From positions 10 through 64,009 of the forward strand of contig JAUSOT010000047.1 in the NCBI GenBank assembly GCA_030656075.1: 64,000 nucleotides of DNA. Direction: 5' to 3'. The notes beneath the pieces are model-generated. The model worked only from the letters and a program-made list of their open reading frames with translations, did not search any database and was not told the origin of the DNA. A program made the position numbers and the translations under genes. This DNA is from Candidatus Cloacimonadales bacterium (GTDB taxonomy: Bacteria; Cloacimonadota; Cloacimonadia; Cloacimonadales; TCS61). Position 1 is the stretch's first letter, and every line of letters starts with the position of its first letter. Below, one piece after another: positions 51,251-59,291 of the stretch.

Positions 51251-53170
51251 GTAGAGTAGAAACAGGTTAACCAGTAGGAAAACCTGTAACCCTCATCAAA
51301 CCGTACGTGCGGTTTTCCCGCATACGGCTTTCCAACAAGATTCGTCTCAGGCATTCACAAGTGTCAAACAAAAGTATATCTCGCCGGATCTATCAATCCA
51401 TAATGACTGACTAAATAGGCGAATGCACTACGGCGATAGAGCTTACACTTTCGCTGACTTTTACGCTGAAAAAATCGATAAAAACTTTCATCAAGATACC
51501 AATGAAGTTTACCTTTCGCTGTACTGGGATAACTAATTCCTCTTATCGAGAAATAGTTCAACCAACCCCGGATGATTGGATTTAGTGTTCGGGTAATTGC
51601 TTCCGAACTGAAATGGCGACAATACCGAAAAACTTTCCTAATCTTCTCTCGAATTTTAAGCTCGCTCTTCTTGCTTGGAACAACATTCCAATACTTACCA
51701 TTATTGCCATAAATCCCTCTATCATATCGGAAAGTAAATCCCAGAAAATCAAATGATTCTTTTCTGGCGTCAATTTGTTTTGTCTTATCTGTATTTACAT
51801 CTAACTCCATCTTCTCCAACATCTTGTTAAGATATTCCAACGATGCTTCAGGTAGTTTTCTACCCATCAGAATGAAATCATCTGCATAGCGGATCATTGA
51901 AATTCCATACTTGTAAAAGTAACCATCTTTTCGTGCCACGGCTTTATCCAATAAATTCAGATAAATATTCGCCAGCAGTGGAGATATTACACCTCCCTGT
52001 GGAACACCTTTTCTACTTTTATGAAGTTTGTTATCTTCAAAAACTGTACATTTGAGCCATTTCTTGATGAGATTTATAACCCGCTTGTCTGAGATTCGTT
52101 TCTCAAGCAAAATGAGTAATTTATCATGTGGGATATTATCGAAAAATCCCGATAGATCGGCATCATACACATTAGTATTCCCACGCTTAAGATTAGATTT
52201 GATTTCAGTGATTGCTCCTTTGGCTGAACGCTTGGGTCGAAATCCGTATGAACAGTCTTCAAAATCGGCTTCGAATACAGGCTCTATAACCATTTTACAA
52301 CTCATCTGAACTATTCTGTCTCTTATTGTTGGAATCCCGAGAGGCCGCATTTTTCCATTTGCTTTAGGTACGTAAACTCTCAATATCGGCTGAGGTTTGT
52401 AGGTCTCTGCTTTTAGCTCTTCTGCCAGTTCCCTGAGATAGCTTTCGACTCCGTATTCCTCAATTTCTAAAAAGGTTACTTTGTCGTATCCAGGTACTCC
52501 TTGGTTGGCTTTTACACGTTTCCATGCTTCGAATAAGAAATGTTGGAGGGATATTTTGTCATGCATTACATAAAAACAAAACTCCTTCTCTTGCTTGGCT
52601 TTGAGATATATTTTACGTTGAAATGATCGCACTTTTCCGGTTCCGCTTAACGCTTTACCAGGTTTATCTTTTAGATTTTCATCAATCACAAAATGCTCCT
52701 TTTCTTGTAAAATCTCTTGAAGCAATGCCCCTTCGCTCCTTCTGAGTTATGTTGTCTCAAATATCAACACTACTATGGGCATCTCCGACTGCCTATATGC
52801 CTGATTTTCATTTCGGATTTCCTTATAGAAAACCATTTAAGATTGCCATTCTTTAGCATAAAGGCTCTCTCACGTTTATGATGTTATCATTCTTAAACAC
52901 GCCATCAGTTACAACTCCGGCAGCCCTCAACAGTGCTCTTTTCCGTTGCTTCCTGTTGAGTTGCAGACTTCGTCTCACCTGAGGAACTCGTCGGCTGCAA
53001 ATTACATTTAACGAAGCTAATCTGTTCGCTTTCGCTACGGCTTATTTAATGCTAAAAAGAGCTTTGACCGATCCGTTACCGGATCAAGCCATCTTCCTTG
53101 CTTCCATCTGAACGGAAAATTAGATGGGTTGGATTTGAACCAACTGACAATATCACACTTCGTGACGCAC
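51251..53170 (-). mobile_element. bacterial group II intron (about 1.9 kb, RT/maturase ORF in domain IV)
   Basis: The 5' end is GTGCG (complement of 53166-53170). Domain V is AGCCGTATGCGGGAAAACCGCACGTACGGTTT (complement of about 51299-51330). Domain VI and the 3' end read ...CTACTCTAC, with the 3' boundary good to about +/-10 nt. The intron sequence CAGGTG (complement of 52976-52981) is complementary to the last 6 nt of the 5' exon, CACCTG. Confidence 0.8.
51364..52725 (-). CDS. group II intron reverse transcriptase/maturase (no endonuclease domain)
   Basis: 453 aa. Has RT motifs incl. RPLGIPTIRDRIVQ and YADDFILMG, and a maturase X region RGWLNYF. It ends without HNH/En motifs. Confidence 0.9.
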   Translation of the reverse strand: MLQEILQEKEHFVIDENLKDKPGKALSGTGKVRSFQRKIYLKAKQEKEFCFYVMHDKISLQHFLFEAWKRVKANQGVPGYDKVTFLEIEEYGVESYLRELAEELKAETYKPQPILRVYVPKANGKMRPLGIPTIRDRIVQMSCKMVIEPVFEADFEDCSYGFRPKRSAKGAITEIKSNLKRGNTNVYDADLSGFFDNIPHDKLLILLEKRISDKRVINLIKKWLKCTVFEDNKLHKSRKGVPQGGVISPLLANIYLNLLDKAVARKDGYFYKYGISMIRYADDFILMGRKLPEASLEYLNKMLEKMELDVNTDKTKQIDARKESFDFLGFTFRYDRGIYGNNGKYWNVVPSKKSELKIREKIRKVFRYCRHFSSEAITRTLNPIIRGWLNYFSIRGISYPSTAKGKLHWYLDESFYRFFQRKSQRKCKLYRRSAFAYLVSHYGLIDPARYTFV

Positions 53171-53193
53171 CAGGTGCGATGTTAGACGACCGT
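53171..53193. repeat. left terminal inverted repeat of the ORF328 cassette
   Basis: GATGTTAGACGACCGT (53178-53193) is the perfect reverse complement of 54191-54206. The outer CAGGTGC matches GCACCACCTG at 54214-54223. Confidence 0.8.
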
Positions 53194-54168
53194 TTTTCGT
53201 TTATACTCATTAATACCTGTATTAAACAAATCTTGAGCAGAAATATTTTTATTCACTGAAAAAAGCAAATTATAAATCTCAAAAAAACTGTTTTCATCAT
53301 AATTTCTCATTTTGTAATTATGCTCTAAACCAGCTTCTCTTAGGACAAAACGATTATAAAAACTACAAAGATTCTCGTAGGCTTTGTAAATAATGTTAAA
53401 ATCATTTGAAGAAATATCCGACTCATTATTTAACATTTTATTTTTAAACAAATCAATTAAAATGTGAGTTCCCGTTTCGTGACAAATAAATTGGATAAAC
53501 CACTCAGTGTCTGAATTATAATAAAACCAATTCTTTTCGTAACCGAGAGAATTTGCTGACGGTCCGTTTTTTATTCCAGTACTCAAAACAATATCGTAAT
53601 AAGCGTATTTAAAATTAAGTTTTGTTACATCTTCCCACAGCTTTATAAAATTAAATTCTGATAACCGATTGCTGAGAGTATTAATTTTTTCTCGAATTTT
53701 TTCTTTTTCTATTGGCCAAACATCATTTAGAAAATTATCAAAATTTTTTATGTAAATTTCAGAGATTCGCTTAATTTCATTGTTAAAACTGTATAGGTGT
53801 GAATCAAAATTTGGTTTAAACCAGTCTTTAAGATTAGAAATGTAAGATTGATATTTATTTTTAAAATTATTGAAAGAATGCATCTCAATAGATTTGTTTA
53901 GTAGATTAAAGTATGTTTCGATTTCATTTATATTTTTAAGATTAATATAATTTGGGAAAAAGATAATTAATTCTGTTAGCTTACTCATTTGGCCGTCTCC
54001 CCATTTAAGAAGATTCTTGTTCTCTTGTAGGAATTTTAAATCTATCGAATCAATACTATCAAAATAAGTCTTTGAATAATCACTATCGAATCCGATTTTT
54101 GCTACACTCAAAAGATGAGCATTATAATTTGAAAATATCTCGTATTTTAATCGAATTATCTTATTCAT
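53182..54168 (-). CDS. hypothetical protein (very AT-rich; contains CHETGTH, an HExxxH-type motif)
   Basis: 328-aa uninterrupted ORF, Asn/Lys/Phe-rich. No family recognised and the metalloprotease idea rests on one motif only. Confidence 0.5.
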   Translation of the reverse strand: MNKIIRLKYEIFSNYNAHLLSVAKIGFDSDYSKTYFDSIDSIDLKFLQENKNLLKWGDGQMSKLTELIIFFPNYINLKNINEIETYFNLLNKSIEMHSFNNFKNKYQSYISNLKDWFKPNFDSHLYSFNNEIKRISEIYIKNFDNFLNDVWPIEKEKIREKINTLSNRLSEFNFIKLWEDVTKLNFKYAYYDIVLSTGIKNGPSANSLGYEKNWFYYNSDTEWFIQFICHETGTHILIDLFKNKMLNNESDISSNDFNIIYKAYENLCSFYNRFVLREAGLEHNYKMRNYDENSFFEIYNLLFSVNKNISAQDLFNTGINEYKRKTVV

Positions 54169-54190
54169 TATAGATATCCATATTCTGCTT

Positions 54191-54223
54191 ACGGTCGTCT
54201 AACATCCATACTTGCACCACCTG
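54191..54223. repeat. right terminal inverted repeat of the ORF328 cassette
   Basis: ACGGTCGTCTAACATC, a 7-nt insertion, then GCACCACCTG. Confidence 0.8.
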
Positions 54224-54292
54224 TTTTGTTGCACCTAACTAACCTATAGTTAGGGTAATTTGTTGTACATTACCTTTTCCCTATTTACTTCT

Positions 54293-54369
54293 TCGCCAGA
54301 TATTTCTCGATTACTTTTTCATAAAAGCCCGGCAATTTATTTGTGATGAAATTAGTAATGTTTTTCAGA
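54293..54369 (-). pseudogene. relic 3' end of a GT4 glycosyltransferase gene
   Basis: My translation is ...NFITNKLPGFYEKVIEKYLAKK*. Compare the C-terminus of the intact GT4 gene at 55510: ...QIIAEKILDFYQRVIEKYRVG*. Confidence 0.45.
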
Positions 54370-55395
54370 TCAACCCTCATTTATGATGATTTCTTCAATT
54401 TGATGAATTAATTGTTCTTCTTTAGGTAATATGTAAGTGTATCTTGAAGCAAAAACTTTATTTGATAAACTGCCAAGAATATATTCGGCTGCGATTTCAT
54501 CTTTTTCTGCACAAATAATAATTCCTATTGGTGGATTGTCATTCTCTTCATTTACTTCGGTTTTGTAATAATTCAAATATGTATTCATTTGTCCACCGTC
54601 AGTTATTTGTAATTTTCTTGTTTTCAATTCGATTAAAACATAAGATTTCAGGATTTTATTATAGAACACCATATCTACAAAATAATGTGTGTTGTTTATT
54701 GTAATTATTTGCTGTGAGCCGAGAAACATAAATCCTTTCCCCAACTCAAGCAGGAAATCTTCTATATGTCTTATCAATTTTCTTTCCAAGTCTTTCTCTA
54801 AAATCGGTTTGTTTTCAGGAATACCCAAGAATTCAAAAACATACGGATCTTTTGTTATATCATCCGGTTCTCTGATTATATTACCTTCTTGCGCTAATTT
54901 AATGATTTTATCTTTATTATTCTTTCCTTGTGATAATAATAGTCTTTCAAATAAGGAACTGTCTATTTGTCGTTTAAGTTCTCGAACAGACCAATTTGCG
55001 TTTTGGCATTCTTTTTCGTAAAATGCTCTTTTATTAGAATCCGAGATCATTAATAATTCACAGTATTTTGACCAACTAAGATGTCCAGACAGCGTCTGGA
55101 CACGTGAATAATGTAAATACAACTTTCTCATATTAAACAGGTTAGCTCGCGAAAATCCTTTACCCAATCTTTCTGTTAGAATTTTAGAAATCTGTAAAAT
55201 TATTTTTCGACTTGTCTGATCATCGACATTAGAATTTGTTTCTTTTTCTATAATAACTTTTCCAATATTCCAATAAGTAACAAGTAGTTCAGTATTTATA
55301 TTGGCTTTAATTCTGTTGCGTGAATTCTTAACCAGATTATGGATTTCTTCTATTAACTCAGTTACATCTAATCCTGCTATCGTGTTAATTTCCAT
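54370..55395 (-). CDS. DUF1016 / YhcG-family PD-(D/E)XK nuclease (copy 2)
   Basis: 341 aa. Has GFSRANLFNMRKLY, LSWSKY, WSVRELKRQIDSSLFERL and the nuclease core FVDMVFYNKILKSYVLIELKTRKL...GQMNTYLNYY. Confidence 0.8.
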   Translation of the reverse strand: MEINTIAGLDVTELIEEIHNLVKNSRNRIKANINTELLVTYWNIGKVIIEKETNSNVDDQTSRKIILQISKILTERLGKGFSRANLFNMRKLYLHYSRVQTLSGHLSWSKYCELLMISDSNKRAFYEKECQNANWSVRELKRQIDSSLFERLLLSQGKNNKDKIIKLAQEGNIIREPDDITKDPYVFEFLGIPENKPILEKDLERKLIRHIEDFLLELGKGFMFLGSQQIITINNTHYFVDMVFYNKILKSYVLIELKTRKLQITDGGQMNTYLNYYKTEVNEENDNPPIGIIICAEKDEIAAEYILGSLSNKVFASRYTYILPKEEQLIHQIEEIIINEG

Positions 55396-55509
55396 TTATG
55401 TCTCCAGATAAATTTCTTCTAAAAAAACCAGCCTCTATTTACATAAAATCGCCGCATAATAACATTTCCAGGTTGAAAATCATCCAACTCTTCAACCAGT
55501 TATTTCTGT

Positions 55510-56760
55510 TTATCCCACCCGATACTTCTCTATCACTCTTTGATAAAAATCCAATATTTTCTCCGCGATGATCTGGCAGCAATAATTTCCGCACACTTCC
55601 TCATAAGCGTTGTGGATCAGCTTCACGCGCAGATCGGGATGATCTTTCAATAAATAGTACTTTGCTGCTAAATCTTCCAATGAATCATTTTGATAGAAGA
55701 GCCCGTTGTGTTTTTCAGTGATCAAATTCTGTAGTCCGCCCACTTTATGAGCAATCACCGGCAGACGGCTGGCCCAGGCTTCCAGGGCAACAATGCCGAA
55801 CGGTTCCTTTATAGACGGCAAGATGAAGAAATCTGCGGCGTGATAGGCTTTCACCAGTTCGGGGTCATCAGCATTCAAACCCGGAATGATCGTAATCCTG
55901 TCTTCCATGTGCAACTCCTGGATTCGATGCTGGATTTTTTGATAATACGATTCGGAAGCGATCTGCCCGATCAGCAGCAGATGAGTGCTTTTGTGTTTTT
56001 GGTTCAGAAGATTCACCAGTTCAACCAGTTTTAATTGATTTTTCTGCGGATCGATTCTACCGGCACACAAGATGATATCCGCATCGTTATTGATATTGTA
56101 TCGTTCTCGAAAATGCCGGCTCGGTCCGATTTTAAATTTATCTATATCCACTCCGTTGGGAATGTACTCCACGATTTTATCGGGATATCGCTGCTGCAAT
56201 ATCCGGCACTCATCCTTTCCCAGGCAGAGAATGCCGTCCGCATCCTGCAAAGCATTCCTGGTTTTCAGCAGGCTGTCGAGCAGTTTTCCATAATGCAGAG
56301 TTCCTTCCAGGAGCATTTCCATCTTCTCATTGCCGGTTTCGGGAGTTTTGTTTTGGGCTTCAAACAGCGAGATCACATAAGGAATTTTCTGCTTTCGGGC
56401 TGCCAGCCGCACCAGGTTCGAAAGCCTCTGAGGAGCGTGGCTGTGCAGGATGTCAACTCCCGGTGACCTTTGCAGATAACGATACATTTGCCAGGAATAG
56501 GGATTGCCGTCTTTCTGGTCGAAAGCTGCTTTGGCTTCATCCGAAAGATTGAAATAGGGATAGAAATATTCAAAGCGTTTGATGGGAACATCTTCGATAA
56601 ATTCGCCAGCCATTTCAGATTGAACTTTCGTTGACAGAATCTCAGTTTGAAAACCTTTCTTCCGGAAGCTGCGGCTCATATTCCAGACGAGACTCTCACT
56701 TGCACCCAAATCATCAAAAGCAAGTTTTCCAATTATTTGAATGGAGCGTATATTATTCAT
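55510..56760 (-). CDS. glycosyltransferase family 4
   Basis: 416 aa. The C-terminal half has FILPSIKEPFGIVALEAWASRLPVIAHKVGGLQNLI, an EX7E-type GT-B motif. Confidence 0.8.
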   Translation of the reverse strand: MNNIRSIQIIGKLAFDDLGASESLVWNMSRSFRKKGFQTEILSTKVQSEMAGEFIEDVPIKRFEYFYPYFNLSDEAKAAFDQKDGNPYSWQMYRYLQRSPGVDILHSHAPQRLSNLVRLAARKQKIPYVISLFEAQNKTPETGNEKMEMLLEGTLHYGKLLDSLLKTRNALQDADGILCLGKDECRILQQRYPDKIVEYIPNGVDIDKFKIGPSRHFRERYNINNDADIILCAGRIDPQKNQLKLVELVNLLNQKHKSTHLLLIGQIASESYYQKIQHRIQELHMEDRITIIPGLNADDPELVKAYHAADFFILPSIKEPFGIVALEAWASRLPVIAHKVGGLQNLITEKHNGLFYQNDSLEDLAAKYYLLKDHPDLRVKLIHNAYEEVCGNYCCQIIAEKILDFYQRVIEKYRVG

Positions 56761-59291
56761 TTTTTATCCTTCATTTTAGCAGGATCCATAACGATCACCG
56801 TTTCATTTATTTCATCGAATCTCTGTTTATCCACTTTGGTAACCAACGAGTGGATGATCTGCATTCCCATGCCGCGGAATTTACCTGGAGCAGCAATATT
56901 ATCCTGCGTCTTTTCCGGGATTTCCCAATCTACTCCACTATCCCAGAAAGTCATTTTGATTTTATCGGTAATTTCCAATTGCAATGCAGCGATCGTATCT
57001 TTTTTAAATTCTAATCCATGTTCGATTATATTGTTCAAAAACTCATTCAAAACAAGTTCCGTTTTGATCGCCAGATCATTGTCTTTCAAATGCGTCATTA
57101 CAGCTTCAAAGCATTCTTTCCCGATCGGAATCGTATCTTGCAGCAGAGAATTAACCACAAATAATTTTTTGTAAGCACCGGTTTTATTAGGTGCAATTTT
57201 TTGAAATTCAACCATGGTGAAATCGTCTGTATTAATATTATAATTCAGGTCAGTTAATTTTTGTTTAAATTTATGCGGCAGCATCAAACCACAGTTGAAA
57301 TCGGAAAATTCGTCCAGGAATCGGGTGAATCCTTCCAAACCCAATTGGCTGCCTTCCTGGTTTTCGCATTCAAAAATTCCGTCAGTGTACATCAAATAAG
57401 CTTTATTTTCGGAAAAAGTAGCCACATCTTCATCTTCGAGCGTATATTCATGCTCTGCCTGCCAACCGACTGGAATGGAGCCATTTTTTCCCAGAAGTTT
57501 TGTTTTTCCGTTTACCAGGTCATATTCCAAAAGAGAGGGATGCCCGGCGCTCAAATAGCGGATTTCATTCCTTTCCAGATCGATTATCCCCAGCGTTAAT
57601 GTCATGTAGTCGTCAAAAAAAAGTTCTTTGCAGAGGATTTTATTCAGCCGCGTGATGATGTAGTGCGGATTCAGATTATTCTTTTCATCCTCGATCAACA
57701 TGCTGATGATGGATTTCACGGCTGTCATCATGAGCGCTGCTTTCACACCATGCCCGGAAATATCGCCGACATAAACCACATGTTTAGTATCGGAAATTTT
57801 CAGGATATCGAACAGATCACCGCCGATAGAGCTGGAAGGTTTATAAATCGAAGAAAACAGGATTCCGTCTTCATAACGCAGCCACTGCGGGATCAGATAG
57901 GTTTGCACGGAAGAAGCCAATTCCACTTCCTGTTTCAGAGAATTGTAAAGATTTTCGATCTTCTCCGCCGACATTCTTCTTTGCAGAGCATTCACGATTA
58001 TCTCTACCAGGATTCTGAGCAGTTTGATCGTATCGATGTCCCAGAATTTTTCACTTGTCACATTATCCAGCCACAGCATTCCCATCAATTTTTGCTCATA
58101 CACCATCGGTAAAACCAGGATCGACTTCACATCTGCTTCTTCCAGAAAAGCTCTATCTGCTGCCGCTGTTTTCGGCAAACTGAACAAGCTGGGTAAAAAA
58201 AGCATCTCTTCATCGGCGAATCTGCTTATCATCCAGGGAATCCGATCCGGCAAAATTTCATCGGGAAGCGGGTTAGATTCTTTTATGTCGGGAACCAGCC
58301 AATGGTGAGTCATCATTAGTTTTTCTTTCTTGAGATCGTATTGATACACATAAGATCTGTCGATATGAATAAATCTGCCGATCTTACCCAGGCTGTTGCT
58401 GACTTCTTCATTGATCTTATTTGCTGTCAGATTGATAAAATTTGTTGAGATCGCATTGATCAGTTCTTCAAACTGGACTCTGAATTCCAGGGCTTGTTTG
58501 ATCCTTTTCTGTTCCGTTACATCTTCTTTCACGGCAATCAGATTGGTCAGCACGGTTTCTTCATTAAACACCGGAGAGATAGTTGCCATTTCCCAAAATG
58601 TTAAGCCGTTCTTCTTTTGGTTCAGAAATTCGCCCGTCCAGGTTTTACCCGATTTAATTGTATCCCAAAGCTCTTTGTAAAAATCCACGTCATGATAATC
58701 CGTTTTTAGAATGCGGGGATTCTGACCGATTACTTCATTGGAAGAATAGCCGCTCACTTCCTCAAACTTGGGATTTACATATTCAATGCTGCCGTCAGGA
58801 TCGGTGATGACCACCGAGGCAGAGCTTTGTTCGACGGCTCTAAACAGCATATTGATCTTGTTTTGGGATTTCGCCTGGGTTTTTTCCAGTTCCCAGTGCT
58901 TTAGTGTTTGCTTAACTGTGACCGGAAGCAACTGCAGATAAGTTCGCTCATTATCCTTCACCAGATATTCCTTCACACCCATTTTCATCGCATCCACAGC
59001 AGTTGCTTCATCGCCGCTGCCGGTTACTAGAACGAAGGGAGTATCATTTACTTCTTTGAAGACATCGAAGGCATTTCCATCACCCAAATTGAAATCAGCC
59101 AGAATGATATCAAAATCATTTTCTTCAAGGAGTTCCAGCGCCTTGTGCACACAATCTGCAACCTGATAATCATAGGGAAGATCAAAATTTGCTACCATTC
59201 TTTTAAAAGCCATTTGATCAATCAGATCATCTTCAATTAATAAAACTTTAATTCTTTTCTCTTTCATATTATACGCTTTCCAAATTTCCAT
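56757..59291 (-). CDS. multidomain signalling protein: REC - PAS - GAF - PP2C/SpoIIE phosphatase - RsbW-like HATPase
   Basis: REC domain KVLLIEDDLIDQ...ILADFNLGDG. PAS domain ITDPDGSIEYVNPKFEEVSGY. PP2C domain GGDLFDI...VGDISGHGVKAALMM. C-terminal N-box/G-box LNEFLNNIIEHG...FWDSGVDW...GMGMQII. Confidence 0.75.
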   Translation of the reverse strand: MEIWKAYNMKEKRIKVLLIEDDLIDQMAFKRMVANFDLPYDYQVADCVHKALELLEENDFDIILADFNLGDGNAFDVFKEVNDTPFVLVTGSGDEATAVDAMKMGVKEYLVKDNERTYLQLLPVTVKQTLKHWELEKTQAKSQNKINMLFRAVEQSSASVVITDPDGSIEYVNPKFEEVSGYSSNEVIGQNPRILKTDYHDVDFYKELWDTIKSGKTWTGEFLNQKKNGLTFWEMATISPVFNEETVLTNLIAVKEDVTEQKRIKQALEFRVQFEELINAISTNFINLTANKINEEVSNSLGKIGRFIHIDRSYVYQYDLKKEKLMMTHHWLVPDIKESNPLPDEILPDRIPWMISRFADEEMLFLPSLFSLPKTAAADRAFLEEADVKSILVLPMVYEQKLMGMLWLDNVTSEKFWDIDTIKLLRILVEIIVNALQRRMSAEKIENLYNSLKQEVELASSVQTYLIPQWLRYEDGILFSSIYKPSSSIGGDLFDILKISDTKHVVYVGDISGHGVKAALMMTAVKSIISMLIEDEKNNLNPHYIITRLNKILCKELFFDDYMTLTLGIIDLERNEIRYLSAGHPSLLEYDLVNGKTKLLGKNGSIPVGWQAEHEYTLEDEDVATFSENKAYLMYTDGIFECENQEGSQLGLEGFTRFLDEFSDFNCGLMLPHKFKQKLTDLNYNINTDDFTMVEFQKIAPNKTGAYKKLFVVNSLLQDTIPIGKECFEAVMTHLKDNDLAIKTELVLNEFLNNIIEHGLEFKKDTIAALQLEITDKIKMTFWDSGVDWEIPEKTQDNIAAPGKFRGMGMQIIHSLVTKVDKQRFDEINETVIVMDPAKMKDKK

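Noticed and set aside
51172-51354. 60-aa ORF downstream of the intron RT gene
   Set aside because: It overlaps intron domains V-VI and the 3' exon hairpins. Its sequence is explained by RNA structure, not coding.
53120-53150. tRNA-like T-arm (GTTGGTTCAAATCCAAC on the minus strand)
   Set aside because: It lies about 25 nt inside the group II intron 5' end. No acceptor, D or anticodon arms can be drawn around it, so it is most likely an intron domain I helix.
53171-54223. A bona fide integron (cassette plus group IIC-attC intron)
   Set aside because: No intI gene or attI is present in the window. The candidate downstream attC (GTCTAAC...GTTAGTT, about 70 nt after removing the intron) does not fold into the R''/L''-L'/R' bulged stem by eye. 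The intron is also co-oriented with the ORF, unlike described attC introns. I kept this only as an alternative to test.
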